Positions 12,552 to 26,303 of a stretch of 45,142 nt of DNA are shown in pieces. The translations under genes were made by a program, and so were the position numbers. This DNA comes from Dimargaris cristalligena (taxonomy: Eukaryota): NCBI GenBank assembly GCA_003614675.1, contig ML002305.1, positions 1 to 45,142 of the forward strand, read 5' to 3'. The notes beneath the pieces are model-generated. The model had not been told where the DNA came from and made no database searches. It was given only the letters and a program-made list of their open reading frames with translations. Each line of letters opens with the position of its first letter. Position 1 is the stretch's first letter.

Positions 12552-15500
12552 TATGGGTGACGGTCAAAATGAAGGCTTCCTGGGCAATGGCGAGCGCGGT
12601 ACAGTATAAGATGATGTAACCCGACTGATACATAATATTACCCATCTAAGCATTAGCTTTTTGACAATCTGATTTCTCAGAAGTGGGGTCCGTCTCCCCT
12701 TCCACTGCAAATGCGGGTGTGGACCCGCGAAAACCCCAACTGGCCCGCAATACCTAGGTTATTTTTTTGTAAAATATTTTTTGGTATATCCAAGTTTGAT
12801 TGGCGCGATCCCATCGAATCCATAATGACTGCTCAACCAACGCGTCGTACCGACCCGGGTAATCCATAGCGGGAACCTTCCGACTGATAACCAACCGTTG
12901 CTGCAGCACCCTTAAGGTCAACCTGCGTTGCGAACTGAAGGCTTCTGCAAGGGCTGACCAGGGGGGGGGCTGGCCAAGCAACGACGGAGACTGGTGACGG
13001 GTGGAGTGAAGGAACCATGGAACGGGTTGAGTAAGGAGTGTATGGGACGCAGTAGGATCAAGGGCCGGTTAGGTCATTTGGATCGACCTCATCTCACCAG
13101 GTCCCTCTCCTCCCCTTCTCTCCCGGACACCTCCATTCAAGCTAATCAGTAATCGAAAGAGAGTAACTCTACTGTATATAGGATTTAGGGCCACCAATTG
13201 ATTTTGATGCCGAGGGGAGGGGGGGGGGCAGAGGCGGAAAATGAAAATGAAAATGAAAGTGGAAAAATAAAAGGGGGGACGTAATGTTGGAGGAAAGGGA
13301 TGGAGGGGGAGGCAAGGTGATCCATCGTCCATGGTCCATTTTCGTTGGGTACTACTAAAGAAGGAGGTTTAGTTTGATGAGTGGAGTGTCAAACCGCGGT
13401 ATTATTATATTTTGCACCAAATCACGCACTCTGCTCAGTAGTCTTGCAGTCGAAATGTGCTGCGTCACGACCCACACTGGGCCAAAATACCACCGCCGAC
13501 CGTTTATTCAAGGGATGTGCCAAGAACGCCCCTCCCCCAACCGTAACGCTGGCGTAAGGGGGAGAAGGCAAGGTGAGCCGCACCGAGGTTTCCTTTTGGA
13601 CGCTGCCCCCGAATGCCATGACTGGGCGTTGGTTGGATAGCGGACCTTCGGGTCCATGAAACGTGCCGGCAGGCAGTTTCCCCAATGAACGAGCACCACA
13701 GTGACAGGCCAACCGGGTTGATGCGCCTGTCCCCGTGTGTACAAGCGGTGTGAGTATGTATGTGTGTATGTATGTATGGTTTGATGAGGGGGTATTGTCA
13801 ACTCCCGGTTCGTTTCGTTTCTCCTTATTTGGGCAAAGGTATATTAGAATAGTGTAGGTTTCCGTCCAATAGTAGATGTAACTCTGGTCAATCCCTCCAT
13901 AAGGCCGCCAAGGTAATAAAGAAGAAAATGACGCTGGAAGGTATCCCGGGCCGTGGGAGAGAGACACCTCGCTGGGTTAGTCATTGTGAGCTGTGTGGAG
14001 AGAGTAATAGCACTCGTCTACAGCCGCCGGACACTCTGCCCGCTGGTCGTAATCTCTCCACCCCATATTCATACCCTGAGTGATTAAGGGATTGCGGTTG
14101 GGGATAACGGCTGCATTTTGTCATTTGTTATTTATTTACCATAGCCGCACACCCCGTTACTTTATACGCAAGTACTGCCCTTCCCCAAAAGAAACCAAGA
14201 AGAGAATGCCTGCCAAATACATCAGCCGGTATTTGAATTCATTGAACGGATCATGATGACTGCTGTGTAGGACCTTAAGATTGTTTTGATAGGTACTTCA
14301 AGGGAAGGATGCACTTTGCTTGTCCCGCCGAGCCACATTATGCCTATTACGTAGCACCATTAATCGGCTCAGTAAAGGGACTAGCTAGAGTCATTTGATT
14401 CATTTATAGACATGGTCTAGGCATCATTAACCGAAAAATAGATACTTACTTACCTGATGGTTACCCAAGGTCCGTTGTGTGCGAACAAATTTTTATGTAC
14501 ACAGGCATCGTAGAGTGATAGCGGGTCCTACTCCAATTGGCTTCGTGACGTCCTCTTGAGATATAAACCGACATAATGGAATGCCAACTTCGGCGTAATC
14601 TTCCGGGTCAATGAGTCAAAAAAATGAATGCCAGGGTGGGAGAGGCGGCGGGCCACCAAGTGTGGGCCTGAGTGTTAACGAGGTGATGTGTGGTCCCTGC
14701 ATAGCTCTTCATCTCTACCCCTCTCACCACCACCTTCGGGCCACTGTCCATTCTCTGCTTACCTCGCCCCGACACCTTTTTTACTGCTATGTTTTATATA
14801 CTTATAAACTCGGACTTGTAGATTGAGCAGGGACCAATGGAGGTATGCAAGGAACCCAAGGCCCACACCTACTGCACACTCACCCCAATCGGGCCCACTT
14901 GTTGCACTGGGGCTGCAAGGGCCCTGCCGCAAAATATCAGGCCCATTCATTTGATATTCTTCCCCAACGAGGGTTTTTTAATGTTATGTTTATTTCCTAC
15001 TTGATAAAGTAAATCATACCTGTGTGGGTTTTACATCTGCAGGGTCCTCTATTCAGTTACATTCGGCTTTTTCGTTGGAAGTTACTGACGAAACACGCGG
15101 CCCGAACGTTAGCCATGCGAAATCATGTTTCCAGGTAGTGAGTGTGAAGTTGATGATGATTGAGTGAGAGAGACGAGACGGGAGGAAGTAAAAGAGTCAC
15201 CCTCATGACAGGTATGACCAGCAGTATGTTGCCAAGGTGGTCGGACGTTAAACAGGCCTACGGAAGGGGGGGAGGGTATCTGCCCTGGCCCCTGACTAAC
15301 CATCAGGTACGTCGGTGTAGATAGTTTAATGCGAAATAATAGCGCAGTAAGGTAGACTGCTGGGAAAAGGGGGTTTTTACCGACCCCCCCCCCCCTTCTC
15401 TCCCCCCTCCGCTGTCAACCCGGCTCTAATGTCCATTAAGTGACCCAAATTGGCTTTCAGGCTCTTTCATTCAAGGTAACCAACTCTTAAAAAGAGTGTA

Positions 15501-18500
15501 TCCTTTAATGGCATTGGAATTGGGAATAACTCACTAAGACTAGCCATGCTGTATATCCAGGAGTCCCTGTAAGCCTAAACTATCCTTCGGCCGCATTATA
15601 TACCCATTTAGCTTGGCGGCCAGTCACCCACCCCCTCCCCACCTTACTGAATTACCAAATTACCAATCAACCGCCCATTTTAATATGCGCGGGTTCACCC
15701 GTAAGAGACTACCCCGACTTTCTGTCGTACTTGAACCGTCTCTGCCTTGGAGAGCAGGCTTAACTCTTGAAGCGTAAAGACAAAATTGGGTTGGGGAAGT
15801 TATGGGTGTTTGCCCGGGGCCTCGCTGGCTGTGACGCTGGTCGAATGCCTGGTTTAACAGCACTGCAGTTCGAATTTCACTGAATTGGCTATGCGGAGTT
15901 CATTAGCCGCCCTGTAGGCCCTGCATTTGTCAGATAAGTCACATTATATCATTGCATAATAATATATATATATATACAAAATACCTCCCGACCCAGCGGG
16001 GTCATTGGGGAATTACCGGGTGGAACATTTCGTTGTTAGTTTGTCAGTCATAATTAATCCATCCCGAGGAAACCATTGATTCATGGCGATTAGAAATGGA
16101 TTATGCCGAGCCTCTTTAGTCAAATAGATGGGTTGGGTCTAATAACTGAGGACCAACCGTGCGTGGTATTAGAGGGCAGAACTATAAAAAATAGAGATAG
16201 GGATAAGTATACGGTCTGTATTTTTTCATGATTGCACTATTACAGTTCGATTTTGCTTATTTAGCTTGGGTAGCTCAGCCATGGGTCTGTAGGCTCCTGT
16301 ATAGCGCACAAAACCAACACCCCACCCTCCCCCATCTTTCCTGTCAAACCACCAACAGAAGGGGATGGAAAAGAAGGGAGGACAGAGGAAAAAGGGGAGG
16401 GAAAAAGATAAAGAGAGAGAGAGTGTGTGTGTGTGTGTGAGGGGAAAGAGGGGTCTTGGCTGATCCTACGACGAATGAAAAGGTACTACCCCCAACCACT
16501 ATCCGCACCCCTCCCCCCTTTTTTTCTTTCAACTGTGCTTCATTCCCTCATTTCCTTGGCGTTCCCTATCCCGGGTGACGCGAACCAATGACCACCCGGT
16601 TTATTTTTAGATTCGGGGAGTCTGATTTGCAAACCGTCTAAAAATAAATCATGCACCTCGTTGGTTCTAAAAATACATCATACTCCCACCACTCAGGTCG
16701 GACGAGCAGAGTGCCCACACACCAGCTGATTTGCGGAGGGGGAGTACCAAATGGGGGAACTTACACCATTTAGTAGGCCGCCGCTGTTGCTGCTGCCTCT
16801 TTCCCTTGCTAAATAAATCACCCTGACGTCTTTTTTTAGGATTGCCACTATTAGGTAGTTTTAAACTATCGTGGCTATTAGCTAGGTGCCACAACCAAAC
16901 CCCACGGTTCACTGCCCTGTCCATTTTGTCGTGTGGTAGCGGGCGCTACAGGTGAACCATGTCCCAGTCTCTGCTTATAAAGGAATGTAAACAATAATTA
17001 TAGCCATTGGTGGTACGTAAAAAACATGGTATCTCTCTCTCTCTTTCCCTGGCATTTGGTTGGCTACCCCCCCCCCGCCCGACTTTACAACTTCCCTAAA
17101 CGTTTAGTATTCCTTTTAATCGGGCGGATCAATACGCATAGTACGACTAGGCGATTAAAGGGCAGTAATCCACTGATCGTACCGTTAAGCGGGATCTAAC
17201 TGAGTAGCATACATCTATAAATAATGTTTAACGAGTGTCAAACTGCCCTGTCATTTCACCATGAATTACCTTCTAATTAGCACTCGCTAAGCTAAAAATA
17301 ATAGAAATGTAGCAATTCTACCCTGCCGCATGACGGATTTACGAAATTGTCGCGTAAGTCTGGTCTGTCTATGCTAATATAGTTGGTCAAAATTGGGTTA
17401 AAGAAAGAGATGCACCGCCTTCTATCTTTGCATCCATTGGTCTCTGACGCGAACCCATTTTTTTTTGCTACAAGTGACTGGGTGGATTTTCACAGCTCAA
17501 CGGGGCTTTCACAGGCTCTGACGTATGTGTCTCTTTGCTCTTTCTCTCCCCACCAGCCACTTCAATAGTTTTTTGGTTCAGTAATTAAAACCTGGGGTTA
17601 CAGTCCCTCTACGGGCCTAACTGATTACGGATATTCCAGGAATAATGTTTGTCCGCCTAGGGTTTGACTTAGAATCTGGCTACCGGAGGGAAGCGAGAGA
17701 CATCGCAATTGGAGGCGGCTTGGCGTCCTAATCTATACACTATTCTATGAGTCCCACCCCATTGGTAAAGGGAGCTTGGTAACGTTACTCAATAAGGTAT
17801 CACGTTAAAAAGCTTCCCTACTGGCCCAGATATTATTTTTTAAAAGAAAAATACCTTTTCTCGTTCATCTATTAATAGCGTTTGTCCGACATCCTTTTAG
17901 GTAGAAGGGGTGATGCGTGTGTGACCCAGGTGGGTAGCATAAAGGGAATTAGTCTTGGAATTCTTCCTCGCCACAGCTAAAAATATCTTGGATGCCGCCT
18001 TGATTTTGTTTAAAAAGAAAAATACACTTGGGTGGGGTAACCTAGTTTCATAGTAACCATCCGCCCGGGTCGTATTCCCCTGTTCTAGTGAATTATACTG
18101 CACCCCCATCACCTCAGTGCATTGAGCATATTCGACGATGGTAACCCAACGGAGTAAATATAGATATTAATAGCACACACCGCCTACCATGTATGGAGAT
18201 GCCCTCGTATTTTTACTTGCAACAGCCTAGCTTGGTATAGCTTTATTAGTGAACATAATATTACTCTGGATCTACTTGGGTGGTGGAGTATCGACACATA
18301 AATGCAAAGTGAAGGAAATGAGAGCGACACGGTGACTAAACAAGTGGTAAGAAAATGTATTTATAATTCTGCCCGCTGGGCATTATTGACGTATTTTTGA
18401 AGATCTGTATGATAGTGGTTATCGGTGTCTAGTGGGTGGAGGGTATACCCATCTATCCCCCCCATACTGGAGGGGGGAGGTCAGCAGATCATCAGAGACG

Positions 18501-20652
18501 CATGAGGGAAATAGGGGGGAAGAGGGAGAGGGCGGGAATAAGGTGGCGGTTTAAGCGGCATGGCGTTTGTGAGATGCACAACCCCACAGACACCTTGAGT
18601 CGGGTGGTTGAACAGTGCCGCCGGCTATTTTTAGAACCCCATACCTCGCCCTAGTGGTCGGATGGCCGCCATTTGCCCTGTTTAGGTATACTGATTGGCC
18701 ACCGGGTAGCCTCTTGGAATGAATCTGCATTGCCCTAATTAGGAGATGTTGGTTGACTAATAGTGTTGAAAGATGTAATAGGGGCGCAATTAAGAATCTA
18801 TTCTAACCTGCCTATGACAGCACCAAACTCGGTTAACCTATAATTGGATGAGTGGAGGTCACTTGGCGGGGGGCGGAAATTGGCCCTAAAATGGAGTTAG
18901 CCAGTAGGCCATAGGGATAACTAACTGGTGGGCACCTACTGTAAATATATGGGTACGAAGCGGGCATGGTTGCTAATCAGCGGGATAAAGCCGAGCTAGC
19001 CAGGGTTGTTAGCGGGTCAGTTAAGTCCGCTGGGCCCGGTAATCTAGCCCATACCTTACTGCTTATTGCATCATGGTTATTTTCTAGAATGCAGTTATGT
19101 CCTTTGGTTTCCCGGCCCAATCAAGGGGGTATATAGCGTTTAAGCCATGTTAGCTTCGAGTCGCCCCCCCCCCACAAGTTACTAATTAAAGGGCCATTCA
19201 CTCCAATCTGATTCACTCGCTAGTGGTTCTCGAAATTCGTAGCGAGTTGGCTGATCACCATGTTCATTTATCAAGGCGGCCGTCACTTCCCACCCTGAGG
19301 AGTGTGCGTAGTTCTAGAACTAAGCTAGTTGAAACTCACCATAGTATAGGTGGCTAAAAACCCGAGGATGAGCAGAATCACTCGTCCCTGGCCCAGCGTA
19401 ATCAGTATTGACTACAGTGCTGAAAAGGGGTCCACTATCTGTGGCTTAAGGGTTAGAAGGGAGGGGATGGGGTCGCTGGATATCTCCGAACGATGGGTAG
19501 CCTAATTCGGTATTCAGGTAACGCATCCCCGGGAGACAGGGTAGGGGGGGTTATTTAGAATATGAATGGTTCAATACATAAATAACAAGAGGGATTGTAA
19601 CGGCGCTGGGTGAAGGGTGCGGGAAGGGGATGAGATGCGATGGGGGAGGTTGCGACGGGCCTACCATGAGGGTAAAGGTGAATTGATTTGGCGTGAGGTA
19701 AGTGGTAATCGGAAGTAACCTAGTTAAGGGAAATAGGAATGGAAGAGTGGGATAGAATCATCCAGTGGTCTGTTTTGACACCCAATATGGAAAAGCAGGG
19801 TACATCAAAAAAAAGGGGGGGATATATTACTAATTAACAAAGCGGACCTCCCCGATGAGGAAATCAGCTACGCCCTCCCTCCCTTGCTTACCACTCACCC
19901 ACCCCTCGTCCCAACAGCCAGTGCACCCATTCAACCAAGCATCGTGAAGGTATCTGCAATCCTTGTGATGGCGACCTGGAGTACCGTGCCGGGCCAGAGG
20001 CCAGTGGTTCCCATGGATACGGCCGCCTTACCCCACACTTCCCCTTCGTAGGCCTTATTAATCCATACCTTTTTACCTGACGGTAGTGATACTCTGGCCG
20101 TATCGAAACGGATCTTTACGCCTGAACATGGACGGGCGGCGTCGGGGGAATCGTCGCCACCCGCTGACCACCGTCCCCACTTAATCACCCGGCTATTTGA
20201 ATGGTCGGGACGGCATCGAATCGATGTTGGCCATTCCCAGACTTACAGCCGCGGATGGTTACACAGACACGTCTAAGTATACCAACAAACGGGGGGGAGA
20301 GGGAGTCCAGTCCCTTCGACATGGGTAATATAGTTTTACTCATGGGCAGGGCAAACGGGGGGGGGGAGTGACTTACTGATAGTAAAATTGCTCGGAAGGT
20401 ACAGAACCCTTCTTCCACCAGAGTTGCATACTGACTATTCTTGGATAATAGGTGTCGTTTATCGCAAGCGAACTTGGCCCTAGGCACAATAACGACAGAT
20501 GTTGAATATTTATCGGGGTTTGATAGAGCGAGGACTAGTGGCCCGAATAATTTGAAAAGAGATATAGCTGGGCGGGTAGTAAAAGGGGCAGAGGGATGTA
20601 GTGGTCCAAGTCTCTAACCACCCCGAATAGCCCATGAACGGGGGGAGGGACC

Positions 20653-20955
20653 CCAATAATACCCGTCTGTGATTGGTCGGGGATGGCTGGATGTGGGTGT
20701 GGGTGTGGGTGTGGTGTTTATTAGAATGGGAGGAAGGCTGGAGCGGGGGGACACTAATGGTGTGCTGGCCCTACTCCGTCTGCCCCCCTCCCCATTCGCC
20801 GGCCCTCACCAAGCAGTGAGGGCAAGGATTGGCCCATCCTCCCCCGGTACTTGTGACGAAACAAGCAGTATACACAACCAGGGCCAGCCTCTTCCATCGA
20901 GTCCTCCACCCAGTGCCGCCCATCGGATTTTCTGGGCACCCGGTGCAATATAAAA
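20653..20955 (+). promoter_or_regulatory. Core promoter of the HMG-box gene
   Basis: CCAAT/ATTGG boxes (~20653, ~20672, ~20828) and TATAAAA at 20949-20955, followed by a pyrimidine/CAC-rich leader of ~270 nt up to the ATG. Confidence 0.55.
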
Positions 20956-21226
20956 AGGCCAAGCCTTCCCTCCCTCCAACTCTCATCATCATCACCACCA
21001 CCACCACTAAGCACTAGCCTTACCATCACCACTTCTACTACCTTTGGCCATCTTTTTCGACTCCGCCTTTCTACTTTACTTGTCCTCTCTGACTTTCTAC
21101 TGCTCGCTACTCTCTCATACAGACCTTTCCCCCGCCCTATTCACTGCTACTAGCCGCCTGTGTGCACTTAAAATCTTGACACCCACACTACTCTCCACTC
21201 ACTACTACCTTAAATCAACCATACCA

Positions 21227-22204
21227 ATGGATTCTTTTACTATGTCTCCGGTCGAACTGACCTACAACGATGTGAGCGACGTCGAGCCTATTACCTATCT
21301 GCCGCAAACCGCAATGGATTTCGACCCCGCCTATTTCCAGCAGTTCCTTGGAGGTGCCTTCCTGCCCTACCTATGCTCCCAGCAACCCATCACCAGCGAG
21401 GATGATATGCTAAAAGCCGTCGCTGCGATTGAAGTTCCCGCTGTCCTGGCGGGAGTCCTCAATACCCCTCCCCTATCCCCCCGCCAAGTCCCCCAGGCCC
21501 ATAGCAGCAGCCCCTCGGCCGCCACCCCCACGTCCACCGCGGTGTCATCGTCATCGGCCCCTTCATCGCCCAGCGCCGCCCCGGTGAAGCGCCCTACCCG
21601 CGTCCGCTCGCGGTCATCCCCCGGCCACATCCCCCGACCCCGCAACGCCTTCATTATCTACCGCCAGGAGAAGCACCGCGAACTGGTGGCCGGTTCGACG
21701 GGCCCCAGTATTCCTAACAAGGAAATATCCAAAATCATCGGCAAGATGTGGCGGGAAGAACCTAAGCTGGTCAAGGATGAGTACCACCGCCGGGCCGAGG
21801 AGGAGAAGACCACCCATGCCACCACCTACCCTGACTACAAGTACAGCCCCCGCAAGTCCATCAAGAACCCGAAGCGACTGCGCCTGGCCGGGGAGTCCAC
21901 CCACCACCACCATTCTACTGCCGCCACGTCCTCCCCCAATGCCTCGCACTCCAACACCTTGACCCATACTACCCCCACCATGAACTGCGTCGACCTGTCG
22001 ACGGCCCACCTGGACCACATCACTCCCCCGCCCCTTATGGCGCCCCTCTCCGCCTACGACTTCAACATGTTTCCCGCCTTCTCGCCCTTTGCCGCCGCTA
22101 ACATGGAACTCCTGACACCTGAGTTCGACCAGTCGACTTTTGCTGCGGCTGCGGCCGGTTTCAACTTGGAATACTTCCAAGCCATGTACCAACCACCCAA
22201 CTAA
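21227..22204 (+). CDS. Sequence-specific HMG-box transcription factor (MATA_HMG / Rox1-Rfg1-like class), 325 aa
   Basis: HMG box HIPRPRNAFIIYRQEKH...IPNKEISKIIGKMWREE...AEEEK...YPDYKYSPRK with a basic tail, flanked by Ser/Pro-rich regions and acidic/aromatic termini. The first in-frame ATG is at 21227; the ORF-track start at 21044 is TTG. Confidence 0.93.
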   Translation: MDSFTMSPVELTYNDVSDVEPITYLPQTAMDFDPAYFQQFLGGAFLPYLCSQQPITSEDDMLKAVAAIEVPAVLAGVLNTPPLSPRQVPQAHSSSPSAATPTSTAVSSSSAPSSPSAAPVKRPTRVRSRSSPGHIPRPRNAFIIYRQEKHRELVAGSTGPSIPNKEISKIIGKMWREEPKLVKDEYHRRAEEEKTTHATTYPDYKYSPRKSIKNPKRLRLAGESTHHHHSTAATSSPNASHSNTLTHTTPTMNCVDLSTAHLDHITPPPLMAPLSAYDFNMFPAFSPFAAANMELLTPEFDQSTFAAAAAGFNLEYFQAMYQPPN

Positions 22205-25200
22205 GGGTGTATAGCGGGTCCGCTTGCTCTAGGCCCAACCATATACATATTACTGTTATTTTTTTTATACATACATACAGATATATATATATATATATAC
22301 ATTTCTATTTCTATTATTATTATTTTGGTTAAAAAAATGGGCACCTCTTCTCTTTAATGGAGGGGGAGGAGGTGCCCATGGGCGTACCCATTGCACGCCG
22401 TTGCTGTTCTATTGTACCTATTTCGCCCCCCCCCCATTCCTCACCCTGTATAGTATTTTTTGCACTGTCAATTATTTATTTTATTGCTATTGTAATATTC
22501 AACCCCCGCCTCTCCGTCAGCATCGTAGTATGGGGGGAGACGGTCTGTTTGTTCATAAAGCTGTCTTACACACACATGTATAGGGGGGTCTTACCTTTGC
22601 GTTTGTGGGGTTCCCCGACCGTGTGTCAAACTACCATCCCTATTCATTAGTCCATGTGCATATTCCAATGTGCTTGTGGGTGTGTGTGTATGTGTGGGGA
22701 GGGGAACAAGTGGTTTATTTATTTCCATTTTCCCCATCACTACCCACCCACCCATATCGAGCCCCTTCACTTCTTACTATTACCTATACTTGCCCCCGGT
22801 ATACTACTCCCGAATAAATATTTCATTATACCTATTTGCATGCACTGAGCTTACTGATGAAAACGGACCGCGAATATTGGAATGGCGCCCAAAATAGCGT
22901 CGGTTCAAGGGCGACGAGGGTCATGCGCTGGTCCTCTCATCAGCCTCCGTCACCGCCGCCTAACTGAATCCCTCCCGCCCGTGCTTTCACTGCCTTACCT
23001 GACCTTGTTTAAATGTGCTTCCGCTTATCACCCACCAGCTGCACCGGAGTCGGATACTGTCCACCCTATGGTATGTATTGCGCGCCTCCCGGGCTCTATA
23101 ATCGTCACTCTATTTGGGATGGGCGGGGGGGGGGTCTGGCAACCCATAAAATGTGCATGGCGTCTCAATGTTGGGGCTCGCTCACTGATCGTCTTGTTGT
23201 CCTTAAAATAAACATAAGCTGGGAACAGACGAAGTCCATGGGTGGTCAAATTCGAATACCACTGGGGTGATTGCCCCCATCTTTGCAGATATTACAGGAT
23301 GCTAAAAAAAGAGCAGGGAGATGGGTGTGGCCTCTCCTTCTTATCCACCATCCCTCCCCTCTCCTCCCATCTGTTGATGCGCTGAATTAGGTGACAGACG
23401 GCCAGCAATTAGGCAATGCAGAGTAGTTTAATATACCGCTTACCTATCTATTTGGCTGGACTATGAATTGGTACGGCGGAATGACAGCTAGGTTCATCCC
23501 GAGAAGCGAACTGATCAGCATGGGCCTGATCGTATGGAGAGGCGCTCATTTATATATATATATATATATATATATAATCCCTATTTCTTGTATATACCAA
23601 TAAACATGGGTATCCACACATTTGAATGATACGAAGGCTAAAATAGCTATGCGATCGTGGCGGCCTAACAACGCCCTGGTTCGCCTAGGCCATACACCTG
23701 ACGGTCAGCAGAGTGAGGGGGGCGATATCCCTATTTGCTGTGGAATTGAATGGAGGTGTGGTACGCACTAATTATGGTCTAGTACCGTTTCCTGGTGTAA
23801 CTAGACCAGGAACATAAGAGAGGGAGGGGGGGGGGGCAAAAGAGTGTGCGTCACTGGTGATTGGTATGATGGATCCTAATGGGCGGAAAGTCGGCCGCAT
23901 CACAACTACCAGCATTCTAGGCCCGGATAAACTATATCTTAGAATGCGTCTTCGTACCATTCAGTAGCCGTGGATGTCGGATATCTTAATCTGCATCTCA
24001 GGTGCGTTGACTCCTTCCTGTCAAATGCCGGCTTTCAAATCCCTATTCGCCTATTCTATTTAATTTTTCATATTAGTACGCCAGTCCAAGGCTTACATTC
24101 TTATAGCCTGGGAAACCCGAATAAATCGGCAGTGAATAGAGAGCTGGTTGGTGGACGAGGGAACGGTAACTAAAGTAGCCGAAAAAAGGCCGTACTTAAG
24201 AGTAAACCAGGTACCTTGTCGTTATTGGGAGGTCATGCAGTGACGTGTGAACGGGAAAGAAGATAGCTTTCCCTCTCTCTATCTCTCCCCGTCGCAAGAA
24301 ACGGAGGGCTTCGCAACGCATTCTCGACGTACAAGTTCCCAACTTTAATCCATTGGCGGTTATTAATACCTTCCAATTGGTCGGGGGCAAAGGCATTGGT
24401 GTAGAAAATCCAACCCTGTAACCCCCCATTTTAGCTATTCCTCCTCCCCTATCCCCCCTAAACTCAATGCAATCCATACCATCCCATCCATGTAATTTGT
24501 TTGCCATCATGCGATTCCAGAAGGGCACACACCCTTCGCAAGTTTCTAGAACCAGCCGTTGGGCAAATCGGACTCAGGCCGAATTCAGCGGACCCCAACA
24601 TGACGAGCTCCCAAGGTTCTCGAATGATGAGCTCGCCCTATTTTTTAGATGATTCCAACATGGGGTTTTTTAGGAGGCTCGTGGACATGTTCTAAGCCGA
24701 AGAAGCCTCGCGTTTTCTTATGCTGCGGGTGGACTAATCAAAATACGTGACTGTCGAAGACGCGGCGTTCACCTGTGCTTTAACAAGTGGTATCTGACGC
24801 GATTCCATTATGGCGAATCTTGATTCGTATTGGGTGGCCTGAAGAGTGGCTAGAAGAAAACCTAAATTATAAACTAGTCAGAGCCTGTCCGCTCAATCCT
24901 TCCCACTAGCTGTCATACACTAATTGCATTTTAAAGGTATCCTTCAACCTAGGTTCCGTTAGAGTCTCGCTGTCACCCAAAAAGACACTGGCGCTAACTC
25001 GTGACTATGGTTGGGTGTATTGTACATTGGTAATAAACCCGGAATATTCATACTGTACCAATTGTCCCACCCAATCTCCTATACACCATTGATACCAAAA
25101 TACACCCCTGAGTTGAACCCACTCTCTTACCTCGTATGCCCAAGAATACTTGTATTGTCTATATTCATATATTTCTTTTCAAGTAAAGAGGTAATAGCTT

Positions 25201-26270
25201 ACTCAGCTTCATCCAACCGCTTCTTCAAGGCAATATATATATATATATCCTACATGTAATTTCGATGGTGGATCGTGGTGGTAGGTCTTCCCTCCTCCCA
25301 ACCCAACCCAACGCTGGGAAATCACATCAACTCAACCCTTCTAATCGAATGCACGCATGATAAGCGCCCAGACTGGTACTACAGCCAAAATTCCGCTTCC
25401 CGGGATGGGTTCTACTGGTAATAATAAACACCATACCTGTATTTACTCCGATATATAATTCAACATCCTATCCATTGGGTTCGACCTTCTCTCATATTAT
25501 TACACCGTATTCCTATAGTAAATTCAATGGAAATCGGCATCAGAGGACACCAACTGAAGGTCGATTTCATGTAAACGGCGCCCTCTTTCTACATATATAT
25601 TGTCCTGCGTAGTTTCCGGATGGTGCAGCGGCCCCAACCTATCTGCGGTGGGTCTTTCACCGCCAGTCGTTCACCTGGCCACGTCGCCCGAACTGCGACC
25701 CAACCAGACGAACATCGCCACTCTCATTTTCCGTCTGGTCCACTCGTCCGATATCCTCTCCAAAAAAAAAGCATTGCCCTCTTCACTGCGGCGTCTATTC
25801 AAATGATCTCTACGCTGCTGGAAATAAAAAACATGCAGGTATGTGTTCAGCTATATACTTATACCTGCGCTTACAGGACATGGTCTTGTGGTTCCATTGC
25901 CTCATTAGGATGGTGGTGAAGGTGGTTTATCCAACCCCACCTGCTCGTTGTATAGCCGCGGCATCTAATTATTCAAGAAAAAATAGTCAGTTCATTAAAG
26001 CCATGCGTGTGAATAAGTGGGTGTGTGGCCATTCCCTCCCCACCTCTGGGAGCCGGCTGGTGGAAACGGGTGGCCGACGCTAATTATCCTTCCTACCCCA
26101 AATAACCATTTACCCGATCACACTGTTCTATTTGCGTCCCACATGGGTCTGTTCCCATTCTACCCGTCCGACCACGCCCCCCCACAACACCGAATTGGAC
26201 CTGCAGCAAATGGCGGAAACCTTTAATAGAGAGGCCTGCCAATGTGACTACGTAGTAATGCATGGCTGGG

Positions 26271-26303
<33 letters not shown>

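Noticed and set aside
14442-14500. ATACTTACTTACCTG resembling a U1 snRNA 5' end, with an Sm-like AATTTTTATG nearby
   Set aside because: No U1 stem-loop motifs (U1-70K or U1A loops) follow. It is equally just a minus-strand CAGGTAAGT donor-like motif.
10060-19845. Scattered HMG-type sites (ATTGTT/AACAAT/AACAAAG) upstream of the HMG gene
   Set aside because: The handful seen is about what chance gives for 6-mers over ~10 kb, with no clustering.
21044-21226. TTG-initiated N-terminal extension of the HMG protein (likewise 41089-41172 for HSP90)
   Set aside because: These are pyrimidine-rich 5' leaders that lack stops by composition. Good ATG starts lie downstream.
23775-23808. 9-bp hairpin TGGTCTAGT/ACTAGACCA
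   Set aside because: An isolated short stem with no other supporting feature.
25414-25497. Weak similarity to the 3' half of the MITE-like element
   Set aside because: Too degenerate to support by eye; it needs an alignment.
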